A DNA stretch of 64,000 bases, from NCBI GenBank assembly GCA_965219415.1, contig CBDCNP010000002.1:224001-288000 (forward strand). The letters are read 5' to 3'. Origin of the DNA: Candidatus Marinacidobacterales bacterium. GTDB lineage: Bacteria > Acidobacteriota > Vicinamibacteria > Marinacidobacterales > DATDRI01. Made by a program: the position numbers and the translations under genes. The notes under the pieces were generated by a model. That model was not told the DNA's origin, did no database searches, and saw nothing but the letters and a program-made list of their open reading frames with translations. Positions 19,362-29,393 of the stretch are shown piece after piece. Positions within the stretch are counted from its first letter, which is position 1; every line of letters begins with the position of its first letter.

Positions 19362-20330
19362 ATGGTCGAGACAGCCGAACAGATGAAGGAACGGATCCGC
19401 GACCTAGGATTTGGCACCGTCGTCGCCAGCAAGAGCAGCATGCGTCTGCTCAATCGAGACGGTAGTTTCAACACCGCCCGCAAGGGACTGGGTCTGAAAG
19501 CTTCTTTGAGCCTCTACAACGACCTCCCGACCATGTCATGGCCGGCTTTCGTGTTGCTGGCCACCGCCGGCTATTGTGGGGCCAACGTCTTGTTCGCCCT
19601 TGCCTACATCGCGTGTGGGCCAGGCGCCATTCAAGGTCCACCGATCGCGGACGCGACCAATGCGTTCTGGCGAGCGTTTTTCTTTAGCGTCCACACCATA
19701 TCCACAGTGGGCTACGGGCACGTGGTTCCGGTCACGCTCTGGGCCAACATCGTGATGACGTCCCAGTCGATGGTTAGCCTGTTTGGTCTGGCGCTCGGAA
19801 CGGGGCTGGTGTTTGCCCGCTTTTCGCGACCGCGTGCGAAGATCTTGTTCAGCAGGAATGCGATCGTGGCCCCCTACCGGGGCATAACAGCCCTCGAGTT
19901 CAGAATCGCCAACCAACGCAAGACCCCACTCATCGAGGTCGAAGCAAAGGTTATCTTCAGCCGTATGGTGACCGAAGAGGGGCGTCGAGTGCGCCGCTTC
20001 CACCTGCTCCCTCTCGAGCGAACAAAGGTGACGTTCTTTCCCTTAACTTGGACGATCGTTCATCCGATTGACGAAGAGAGTCCTCTCTACAATCTGACTG
20101 GCGAAAAGTGCGCGTTGGACGAGGCAGAAGTTTTGGTGCTACTAACTGGAACCGAAGAAACCTTCTCTCAAATGGTGCACACTCGTTCCTCTTACAAGCC
20201 GGACGAAATCGTATGGAACGCAATCTTCGAGAATGTCTTCGAGCAACCCGAGGGCGGACCCATAACGGCCAACGTGAGCCGCATCCACGAAATCAAGCGG
20301 CTGGAGCCTTCTTCGATTGGTGTGGTGTAA
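19362..20330 (+). CDS. Inward-rectifier potassium channel (KirBac)
   Basis: AFFFSVHTISTVGYG selectivity filter, FARFSRP, RIANQR, WTIVHPIDEESPL. Confidence 0.93.
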   Translation: MVETAEQMKERIRDLGFGTVVASKSSMRLLNRDGSFNTARKGLGLKASLSLYNDLPTMSWPAFVLLATAGYCGANVLFALAYIACGPGAIQGPPIADATNAFWRAFFFSVHTISTVGYGHVVPVTLWANIVMTSQSMVSLFGLALGTGLVFARFSRPRAKILFSRNAIVAPYRGITALEFRIANQRKTPLIEVEAKVIFSRMVTEEGRRVRRFHLLPLERTKVTFFPLTWTIVHPIDEESPLYNLTGEKCALDEAEVLVLLTGTEETFSQMVHTRSSYKPDEIVWNAIFENVFEQPEGGPITANVSRIHEIKRLEPSSIGVV

Positions 20331-21086
20331 GGTGACTCTACTTCTCGTCACCGAGCGCGATCGCGCGGTCGAGCGCTTGGTGGATTCGATTCGACTCCCT
20401 CAGAAGCTCGGTTTGGATGAACCCGGCCTCGTCGGAGCTACACTCGATTGTGCCCAATTCCCTCGCTCCACGAAGTCCAGGAAAGAGTGGCAGCTGATAT
20501 GCCGGATCATGGTAGTAGGGACCGCGAACTGTGTAGAGCACCGGATTAATTTCTCGGGACATCCTCATCAGTAGTGAGTCGATGATTGGCGCGTCTTCCA
20601 CGCGCGCAGACAGGCTCTGCCTTCGCAGACGCCTCGCTGTCTCCTCGAATAAGGCGATTCGATGCAAGGTCGGCTCGAAGTCCCACTCTTCTCCCGCCGC
20701 CCTAGCCAGCTCCTCAATCGTCTTCCTCATCTGTATGGCTACGGGGGCGAAATCGAAAGGAAGAACGCTCTTTGTCGCGAGGGGCCAAATGAGCGCGACA
20801 TAGAGTCTGGTATCCCGAACGAGCAGTTGCCTATCCGCCTTCTCGAAATCGTCTTCCATTGTGTGCCACCAGAAGCCATAGGCCGAACCGCCGGCGTCCT
20901 TCGCCCGATCGGGATGGCCCAACGGGATCGCCGGATAGAACGTCAGCGACGGTACGCCAATCCCCCACAGAGCCTCATCGTTGTAACGGAAGTTGCGCGT
21001 GGCCTCTCGTTCAACGCCTCCTCTATCTCGGAGCACCGAGTCCAAGAAGCCCTTGGCCTCGTACATTCCCTCCGCTTCGATGGCGG

Positions 21087-22454
21087 GGATGTGTCCCGAG
21101 GTTCGTGGAAAAAGAACGGCACCCTCCACTCCGTCATCGGAGTATCGTATCAGGCGGCGACCTCCGCGTGTTCGAGAACCTCGCTCAGACGTTGGTAGCC
21201 GTCGATGCGTCGTAGTTGAATCTGGCCAGAGGCGATAAGCCCAAACAGCAAAGCGACCGCAGACTCCTCGCTGGAGAACGACGCTTGGGTTTTCGTCCGG
21301 CGTCGAAACTCGCGGTTGAGATTCTCCAGAGCTTTGGTCGTTCGAAACGATTTCCACATGGCACGAGGGAATTCGTAGAAGGTCAGCAGCTGATTACCGG
21401 CCTCCTCTAGGCTTCGGACGACGGCCGGCGCGAGAGGCGTCCACTTGGCGACGAGCTCGTCATAGGCTTTGCGAGCATCGATCCCGTTCTTGGCGTAGAC
21501 GATCCGGTTGTAGTCACGCCGGAGCTCACGGCGTGCGTGCGCCGGGCAATGTTGGAGCAAGTTGGCGCGCTTGTGCTCGGTACATCGCTGCAACCGGCAC
21601 CCCGGCCACTTCTCCAGCGCTTTCGTCAGCCCCTTGTGGCCGTCGCTGATCACTAGCTTGGGAGCCCGGAGTCCTCGAGCCTGGAGTCCCTCCAGCACGG
21701 AGCCCCAATGCGTCGAGGCTTCGCTCACCGCCAGACGCAATGACAACAGACGTTTGTGCCCGTCTGGCGCGACCCCGAGCGCGACCCGTACGGGTACGCT
21801 GATCACACGTTTCGCCATCCGCACTTTCAGGTGGAAGCCGTCCAGGTAAACGATCGCGTAGACCTCCTTGCTGAGAGCACGGTTCTGCCATTCCTCGAAG
21901 CGCTCCTTCAGCCGGCTAACCACGCGAGACACCGCGCTCTTCGATAGGTGCTCCTCACCGAGCAGTGGTTTCAGCGCTTTGCGGACCCGGCGGCTATTCG
22001 CGCCCGACAAGTACGTCCCCAAGAGCGCCTCGTCGACCTCACGAGTCCGGCGCGCGTACCGGGGCAACAGCTCGCTCCTGAACTCTGTCGTTTCTCCCGT
22101 TTCCTCGTCTCGCACGCGGGCTCGTGGCACCCGGAGCTCGCGAGTTCCCACCGACGTCGTCACGCGACGGGTTTCGGCTCCGTTGCGATATCCACGGCGG
22201 TCTTCCGCACGCTCGTAGCTACAACACCCCAGCGCTTGGTCGACTTCTTCCTCGAGCACAACCTCGATCGCCTCCAGTACCCGCATACGCAGCCGAAGTT
22301 GGACGAACTCCCGGTACTCGCTTACAGACTCCTTCAATATGGTGGTAAGGCTTCTTCATGGCGTAATCCTCCTCCTCGCTTTTCCAGGCGCGGTTTCGTT
22401 TTGCTTAACCGGAGGTTACGCCATTCTTATTTCCACGGGAAGCGGGACGGATCC
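21087..22454 (-). mobile_element. IS256-family element A, copy 1 (1368 bp)
   Basis: Imperfect terminal IRs ggatgtgtcccg..cgtggaaa / tttccacg..cgggacggatcc; 8-bp TSD gatggcgg at 21079-21086 and 22455-22462. Confidence 0.95.
21150..22337 (-). CDS. IS256-family (Mutator-like DDE) transposase A
   Basis: GYRNG, VPRAR, YLDG, LVISDGHKGL, QRCTEH, RTT.ALENLN.EFRRR. The likely true start is the ATG near 22359 (consensus MKKPTTILK), offset by a +1 indel. Confidence 0.93.
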   Translation of the reverse strand: MKESVSEYREFVQLRLRMRVLEAIEVVLEEEVDQALGCCSYERAEDRRGYRNGAETRRVTTSVGTRELRVPRARVRDEETGETTEFRSELLPRYARRTREVDEALLGTYLSGANSRRVRKALKPLLGEEHLSKSAVSRVVSRLKERFEEWQNRALSKEVYAIVYLDGFHLKVRMAKRVISVPVRVALGVAPDGHKRLLSLRLAVSEASTHWGSVLEGLQARGLRAPKLVISDGHKGLTKALEKWPGCRLQRCTEHKRANLLQHCPAHARRELRRDYNRIVYAKNGIDARKAYDELVAKWTPLAPAVVRSLEEAGNQLLTFYEFPRAMWKSFRTTKALENLNREFRRRTKTQASFSSEESAVALLFGLIASGQIQLRRIDGYQRLSEVLEHAEVAA

Positions 22455-23482
22455 GATGGCGGTCGCGCTTCGGACTCCCGGCGAATCGATCGCCAGGTAC
22501 GCCACGGCATTGTCGTAGAGATCCTGGAAAAACGTGTCCGCGTACCAAGTGGAGCCGCTGTAACGGCCGGTCGAATGGCCAGGCCACCAAGCGACGCGGA
22601 CACTTCGTCGCATCCGCTGCCGGTTCCCGTGAAGGCGCGCGCAACCTCTAGCAAAGACGCGTTTCCTGTGGCACTGTCGGTGACCCCCTCGTGCCAAGCG
22701 TCCAAGTGGTTTCCGATCAGAACGAATTGCTCGGGGCTTTCGCTTCCTGGCACTTCGGCAACGAGGAGTGGAATATTTTTCCACCCGGTGTCGGTTTCTG
22801 CCTCGAGGCGAACCGTGACCCGCCCGTCGCGTCGGAGCGCCTCCAAACGAGCACCGTTGGTCTCGTTAATGGTCACCACCGGGATCTTCGTATGTTGCTC
22901 CGCCTCGTCTCGGGTAGGGTGCCCCCAAACCCGCAAGACGATCATGTTGACGAGCCGTGATGAAGGAGCGATACACACCGCCCCCACCGCGCCCGCCGCC
23001 TCGGCCTCTCGAAGAAGAGTCGGACTGGGATAGCCGCGCAGCAGGGCGACCTTCCCTTCCAGATCCGCATCTACGAAGTCCGCCTCGCGGGTGGTAACGA
23101 TGTTCGGATCTTCCGGCCCCACATAGACGAGCTCCCCCGAGAGCCCGCCGGCCTCGGTCGAGGCGGAGAATGAGGGGGTGATACTAGGTACGGAGAAACT
23201 GCCTGGCGAGAGGATTTCTAAAGATGCGGATATAGGCACGCTCAGGTAAGAACGGACCTCGTGCACTTGGTGTGGAATCCCGTACTGCTCGAGCCGTCCC
23301 TTCAGATACTCGGCTGCTTTACGCTCGCCCGCGCCGGAGGAAGTCCGATCCAATTTGGAAAAGGCTTCAACGACCTCCCACATGTCGCCGAGGCGCACTT
23401 GAGACAGGATCTCTTCCTCTTGCGCGACGACTCGAAGACCCGCAAGAACAACCACCGCAACAACAGCTCACCGCTAGCGTCC

Positions 23483-23884
23483 TCATTTTGGCACTCCCCC
23501 ACTGCCCGTCACGTTCTTTTCCAAACGGACAACCGTGCCGCCTGCGTCGGGAAAAGTGAAATCCACTCGATCCGCGAACTGGTGCATGTAGAACACCCCG
23601 CGTCCGCCCCCCCGGTCCAGGTTCTCGGGCTCCCGTGGATCCGGCACTTCGGCGGGGTCGAAGCCACTACCCTCATCGCCCACGATGAAGACCAGTTTTC
23701 CGTTGCCCCCGGCCAGGAAGCTCACGCGGACCCGTCGACCTGGGTCGCCACGGTTTCCGTGCGTAATGGCGTTGACGATGGCTTCTCGAAGTGCCAGCGA
23801 GAAGAAGTGAGAGGCATCGGGGCCAAGGCCCTCTTGGATTCCTAGAACCTCTGCGGCGTGCTGAATGGAGTCGACCACGCTCAT
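23483..23884 (-). CDS. Anti-sigma factor / Ser kinase (RsbW-like, HATPase_c_2)
   Basis: LALREAIVNAITHGN, VGDEGSGFD, GGRGVFYM. Confidence 0.88.
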   Translation of the reverse strand: MSVVDSIQHAAEVLGIQEGLGPDASHFFSLALREAIVNAITHGNRGDPGRRVRVSFLAGGNGKLVFIVGDEGSGFDPAEVPDPREPENLDRGGGRGVFYMHQFADRVDFTFPDAGGTVVRLEKNVTGSGGVPK

Positions 23885-24039
23885 CTGGCTTGCGGCGTCG
23901 ATGTTGAAGCTCTACGGCATCCTGGACTCGTTGGCCGAAGGCCTTTCGTCTCACACTCGGCGCCTCGCGGTCAAGCCCGATAGCTCATGAGTAGACACCG
24001 GATCGGCGGGACGCTAAACTCGCTGGTGCCCTGCATCAG

Positions 24040-25686
24040 TTGAGGAAACCTACGTTGCGTGTCGCCATGGCCCAAATAAACCCCACGGTCGGGGATTTGG
24101 AAGGAAACCTGCGCCTAATCCGAGAAGCGATCCGGCGCGGCGAGGAGTCCGGCGTCCAGCTCGTGGTGTTGTCGGAGCTCTGCATTTCGGGCTACCCCCC
24201 CAAGGATCTCCTCGGGAGGTCCGCCTTCGTGCGAAGGTGCGGTGAAGCTCTGGACGAACTGGCGGTCGGAGTCGGTAAAACGGCCGCGCTCGTCGGCTAC
24301 CCCGAGGAGAACACCAACTCCATCGGCAAACCCGTTTTCAACTCCTCCGCGCTCCTCCACGAAGGGAAGGTCATTTCGCGGGTTCGTAAGACCCTCCTTC
24401 CCACCTACGGCATTTTCGATGAGAATCGGTATTTCGAGCCGGCCCGGGACACGGTCCCGGTAGACTTTGGTGGCTGCAAGCTCGGCATTACGATCTGCGA
24501 AGATCTTTGGAACGACCGTGATTTCTGGCCGCAACACCACTACCGAACCGACCCGATAGCCGGTCTCGTCAAGCGTGGTGCGGGAACGGTGCTGAATATC
24601 TCTTCGTCTCCCTACGACCTGGGCAAAGAAGATCTGCGCCTGAGGATGCTTCGAGGCCTGGTCCAGAAGTACCGAGTGCCCCTCATCTACGTCAATCAAG
24701 TTGGCGGCAACGACGAGCTTATCTTCGACGGCAACAGCGTCGCACTGTCCGCCGATGGTTCGCTCCTCGCGAGGGGCAAACCGTTCGAGGAAGACTTCCT
24801 GGTGGTCGATACCGACTCGCGCGACGATGTCGAGTGGGAAGATGCACCCCTCATGGAACGACTACACTCCGCGCTGGTTCTCGGCACCGGCGATTACGCG
24901 CGGAAGTGTGGCTTCAAACGCGCCGTGGTCGGACTCTCGGGCGGGATCGACTCGACGGTCACGGCGTGCCTTGCTGCAGCGGCGTTGGGAAAAGAGAACG
25001 TGCTCGGCGTGAGCATGCCGTCTCGCTACTCGTCCGCCGGCAGCGTCACCGACGCTCGCACCGTGGCGGAGAATCTCGGCATAGAGTTTCAAATCATCCC
25101 GATTGAAGGTCCCTTCACGGCTTACCTTGACACGCTCGCGCCTACGTTCGAGGGTCGGAAACCGGACGTCACCGAGGAAAACCTCCAGGCCCGGATTCGG
25201 GGCAACCTTCTGATGGCCATCTCCAACAAGTTCGGGCATCTCGTGCTCTCGACCGGGAATAAATCCGAGTTCGCGGTCGGCTACACCACGCTATACGGGG
25301 ACATGGCCGGTGGTCTGGCAGTTATCGCCGACGTCCCGAAGACCCGGGTCTACGAGCTCGCTAAGTATATTGATGAAGAAGGTCCCGTCATTCCCGAGGC
25401 GGTACTCACTAAACCACCCTCTGCAGAGCTGCGCCCCGATCAAACGGACCAAGACAGCCTCCCTCCTTATGACAAGCTCGACTCGATTCTCGAGGCCTAT
25501 GTCGAAGACGCCAAACCGTTGGACGACATCGTCGCTCTCGGCCATGATCGCGAGCTCGTCGTGGAGGTCGTGCGCCGGGTAGACGCCAACGAGTACAAGC
25601 GCTACCAGGCTCCGCCTGCGTTGAAGGTGACGCCACGTGCCTTCGGCACCGGCTGGCGCATGCCCATCGCACGAGCCTTCCGGTAA
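24040..25686 (+). CDS. nadE: Glutamine-dependent NAD+ synthetase
   Basis: Nitrilase domain (AQINPTVGD, EL.ISGYPP.DL, FDENRYF, ICEDLW) plus synthetase domain (GLSGGIDS, ENLQARIRG, TGNKSE, PSAEL). Confidence 0.96.
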   Translation: MRKPTLRVAMAQINPTVGDLEGNLRLIREAIRRGEESGVQLVVLSELCISGYPPKDLLGRSAFVRRCGEALDELAVGVGKTAALVGYPEENTNSIGKPVFNSSALLHEGKVISRVRKTLLPTYGIFDENRYFEPARDTVPVDFGGCKLGITICEDLWNDRDFWPQHHYRTDPIAGLVKRGAGTVLNISSSPYDLGKEDLRLRMLRGLVQKYRVPLIYVNQVGGNDELIFDGNSVALSADGSLLARGKPFEEDFLVVDTDSRDDVEWEDAPLMERLHSALVLGTGDYARKCGFKRAVVGLSGGIDSTVTACLAAAALGKENVLGVSMPSRYSSAGSVTDARTVAENLGIEFQIIPIEGPFTAYLDTLAPTFEGRKPDVTEENLQARIRGNLLMAISNKFGHLVLSTGNKSEFAVGYTTLYGDMAGGLAVIADVPKTRVYELAKYIDEEGPVIPEAVLTKPPSAELRPDQTDQDSLPPYDKLDSILEAYVEDAKPLDDIVALGHDRELVVEVVRRVDANEYKRYQAPPALKVTPRAFGTGWRMPIARAFR

Positions 25687-25711
25687 CCAGACCGGAAACG
25701 ACCTCACCTCC

Positions 25712-26121
25712 TTTTTGGTCGCCTTCTACGGCCGAACCGCTCACTCGGCGGGAGCCCCCTGGAAAGGCTATCCGCCCTGGATGCGATTGAGCTCATGGGT
25801 GTGATGATCAACTATTATCGAGAGCACCTACATCCCTCGGCTCGTAGTCATTACGCGATTCTCAAGGGCGGCAAAGCCCCGAACGTCGTCCCCGACTTTG
25901 CAAAGGCCTGGTTCTACGTCCGGGGCGGGACGCGGGAGATGGTCGACGAGATGACTAAGGGCAAGGCTTACCCGTCATCGATCCCTGCCGACGTGTCGCC
26001 ACCCGTTCTTCCCGACCCTTACGAGAATCCAGATTGGACTCCCGGCGATTTGGACTACCCGACATGGTGTTCTTTCGTTTGGGAGGAGCTGCCGGAAGAC
26101 GACGATCAACCACCGAAGTAA
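25712..26121 (+). pseudogene. Remnant of an M20 amidohydrolase (AbgB-like)
   Basis: FYGRTAHSAGAPWKG / ALDAIELM...REHL...GGKAPNVVPD.A..W.YVR is joined directly to a C-terminal-like tail TKGKAYPSSIP; no N-terminal part is present. Confidence 0.7.
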
Positions 26122-26175
26122 GAAACTATTGGGCGAGATGCGCTGGCGAGTAACCCTGCAACCAGACGACGCCGG

Positions 26176-26922
26176 CTAGCTCGTCACCAAGTTCGAAAGA
26201 GGGACCGAGGTCCTCGGTGATCGTCGAAGCGGCAAAGAAATCCGTCGTGGGTCGGTTCGCGTCCCCATCATGCAGACTGACGGGAAGACATCGGAACTCT
26301 CGCCCCTCGTAAGAGAGCATCTTCGGGGGCCCGTCGATCGGGCTTTGTAAGCTACCGATGTCTTGGTTGCCGGCTTTTTGAGGAACGTACATTCGAATAC
26401 CAGTTCGAAGGGCGGATCGGCCTCGCCGGTGTCGTCGATCAAGGGCAGTTGAAGATAGGGTTCCCTTTTGTGAAGGACGGTCGGCCACTGGAAGTTAGAG
26501 TATCGGAGGTTGTCTCGGGCTCCGGAGGCCGGGAAGAGTGGATCATTGGAGAGACGGGAGGCATGACCATTCGTTTCTACGATTTGCTCCACTCGACCGG
26601 ACGTTCTCGATACAGCGCGGGTGAAACGCATGAGTTCATTGTCAACGCTCTCGCGTTGTCTCTCCGCAGAGTCCCACCTCTTCCGGTTTCCACGGACCCC
26701 GACGACGGTGACGTTCTGTTACGTTCGCTATGCGTGAGCCCGCAGCTCGACGCCAGCTAGTTTCTGGGACTTGATCAACAGGTCCGGCTTCTCCACCACC
26801 CTCAAGATTCGCCCCATGACCTTTCCCGGCGCTAGCGCAAGAGCGCGCCAGTACTCCGCGTGTTCGATGCCCTTGCCCACCGCTGAATTGGCGGTCGCCG
26901 ACATGATGATGTCCGCATCCAT
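26176..26922 (-). pseudogene. Degraded hypothetical gene with two in-frame stops
   Basis: ORFs 26728-27087 and 26176-26631 are in the same frame, separated by TAG and TAA (RAHA*RT*QNVTVVG). An RBS-like gaggg precedes ATG 26922. Confidence 0.4.
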
Positions 26923-27131
26923 AGATCCCTCTGTAAGGGAAGTAGCAATATCCGGACCACCGGAATCCAGAATCGAACACGCGCAATCGTTAGTGATAAC
27001 GGACCTTAGGGGGCTGGCGCGGCGGCATGGCGATTCGAATGTAGGGTAGTTCCCCCACCGACGCCTGGCCACCTGCGGTATTGCCACCCCCGTAGTATGG
27101 TGTCGGGAACTCCGAGTAGGGGCTCGGCGCC

Positions 27132-29194
27132 TCAGGTAAGGCCCAGCACCTTGTCCAAATTGTTGGGAAAGACGACCGTGAACGTCGATCCCTTTTCCTC
27201 TTCGCTATCGACGAGGATCTCTCCCCGGTGGTCCTCCATAATCTTGTAGCAAATCGACAGTCCCAGACCGGTACCCACGCCCACCCCCTTGGTGGTGAAA
27301 CCGGGGTCGAAGATCTTCTCCAATTTCTCTTTCGGGATGCCCTTGCCGTTGTCTTGGATGGCGACGTGGACCTTTTCATCTTTTTCGAAGGTCGTCACCG
27401 TGATTTCACCCTTGCCGACTATCGATTGCTGGGCGTTGACGAGGAGGTTGAGAAACACTTGGTTCATCCGGCCAGGATAACAGGCCACCGGCGGAATCTT
27501 CCCGTATTCCTTGGTTAGTTTGATGTCGTGTTTAATCTGGTGATAGACCAAGGCCAAACTATCGTCCAGTCCTTCGTGTATATCCACCGTCTTCAATTCC
27601 GCCTCATCGAGTCGTGCAAAGCTCTTTAGCCTTCGCACGATGTTCGCCACTCGTTTTGCCCCGGTGTCGATGACCCGGCTGGCGTCCCCAATGACACTAA
27701 GGGCTCGAGATACGCCTCCGGCGTCTCCGCCCGTTTCCCCTTCGAGCGATTGCTCGAGCCTCCGCACTGCCTCCTTCAACGTGTCGTTCATGCTGTGAAT
27801 CGCACCGACCGGTGTGTTGATCTCGTGAGCGATTCCAGCGACCAACATTCCAAGCGCTGCCATCTTCTCGGATTGCACCAACTGAGTCTGCGTCTGCCGC
27901 AAGTACTGATTCGCTTGCGCGAGCTCCTCCAGTGCCTTCTTGACTTCACTAATGTCGTGCGCGATTCCTATGAGGAGCAACACCGACCCGCTTCCGCTCG
28001 TGAGCGCCGAGAGATCGGTCGAGTACCAACGCCAGGAACCATCCAAGTGTCGAACCCGATATTCGATACCGCTGTGCTCGATTCCGCCCTTGCGCGCCGC
28101 TTCAAACATTTCCCTGCAACGCTCGATGTCATCGGGATGGAGGAAACTCTCAAACGATTCACCTTCGACATTGGCTACTTCATGTCCGAGGAAACGTGTC
28201 CAATTCGGCGATACGTAAGAGAAAAGGCCTTCTGGCGTCAGCGCGTAGATAATGTCGTTTGCGTTCTCCACGAGTCCGCGAAACCTCGCTTCACTCTCCC
28301 TAAGAGCTTGCCGGGCCCTCCGCCGTTCCTCGGTGACCGCCGCCAAGGCATAGTCGTCATCATCACCACGCCGAGAAAGGTCCAGAGGAGGATCATCCTC
28401 CGATCGAACGCCCCGTGACCAAACGGACCATAGCCCTGTGCGGTACCCCAAACGCCGAGCGTTGAAACGATCAAGATGGCGGTCGATGCGCCGCGAGAAC
28501 CGAAGCGGAGGGCGGTCCAAACCAGGAAGGGGAAAAGACCTCCTATCACGCTGACCGCTGTGGTCGACGGGAGCCAACCTCCGAACGCCAGCACACTGAC
28601 CGTGAGAAGGGCTAGCCCGAGAAACGTGCCTTCGGCGACTCGGCCGATCTGACGTGGCCGGGAGCTCCAAGTGAGCAGAAAGGGCGCGACGGTGAGAATT
28701 CCCATCGTGTCGCCCACCCAGTACTTCAACCATTCGAGCCCGACTTCTCCGGGGGGTATGCGGCCGGCAGTATAGAAACTGATGAGCCCGATGGTCGAGC
28801 CCGCGATACAGGACACGACAGCCACTCCTGCCAATGCCGCCACGTCGTAGAGGCGGTCCAAGGAATTTCGGAATCCAAAGACCCGCTTCAGAAGGTAGGC
28901 ACCCACGACCGCTTCCAACGTGACGCCCGCCATACTGATGGCGACTTGCGCCGAAGGCGCCTCCCCCCACGACAGAAACGCGGTTCCTATGGCGAGGCCC
29001 GGCCAGAGCCTGATGCCCCCGATGAGAAGCGCAACGAGCGCAACGCCACTCGGAGGCCACACCACTTTGACATCCCACCCCGAGTCCATGACGTGCGACA
29101 GGGCGAGATGTCCTAGAACGAGGTACACCCCGGCGAGCGCGGCGATCTTCAGTAAGTATTTGATCTTGGATCGGAGTCCTGTAGACAGGCTCAT
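27132..29194 (-). CDS. MASE1-PAS sensor histidine kinase, frameshift near 28350
   Basis: MASE1 ([17 protein letters not shown]), PAS (NANDIIY, LHPDD), H-box [19 protein letters not shown]. Confidence 0.9.
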
Positions 29195-29393
29195 AGCGCA
29201 GACATAGGCCGGACGGGTAATTATATTTCTTGCCGATGCTAGAGAACAGCGGGGGTTGAGGAGTCTCGGGCGACCAGTGCGGCCTGGCGTTGGTTGAGTC
29301 GAATACCCGGGCGTGCCTTTCGTAGCTGCGCGACGGCGTCTCTTCCGTAGTAAGCCAAGAGCCCACCCATCATTAGAAACAGGACTCCGTATT

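Larger units (their letters stand above)
20338..23486 (-). pseudogene. PA-domain M28 family peptidase interrupted by IS256-A, with extra frameshifts
   Basis: The N-part has IGNHLDAWHEGVTDSATG and WWPGHSTGRYSGSTWY; the C-part has WWHTMEDDFEKAD. The reading ...VRSATAI|EAEGMY is restored when 21087-22454 plus one TSD is removed. Confidence 0.85.

Noticed and set aside
20338-21357. 339-aa ORF as an independent gene
   Set aside because: It is a chimera of IS256-A end sequence and the C-terminal part of the interrupted M28 peptidase.
21948-23033. Long antisense or overlapping ORFs (e.g. 21948-23033, 10977-11966, 7036-7953, 37188-38057, 62999-63769)
   Set aside because: Shadow ORFs expected in GC-rich DNA opposite well-supported genes; no recognisable motifs.
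24040-25686. nadE as a dedicated part of the KptA/ARH module
   Set aside because: It is a housekeeping gene on the opposite strand, separated by unrelated genes; proximity alone is insufficient.
27132-29366. 744-aa ORF as a novel N-terminal domain on the kinase
   Set aside because: Its Arg-rich N-terminal half is the off-frame reading of the MASE1 region; the gene is a frameshifted MASE1-PAS kinase.
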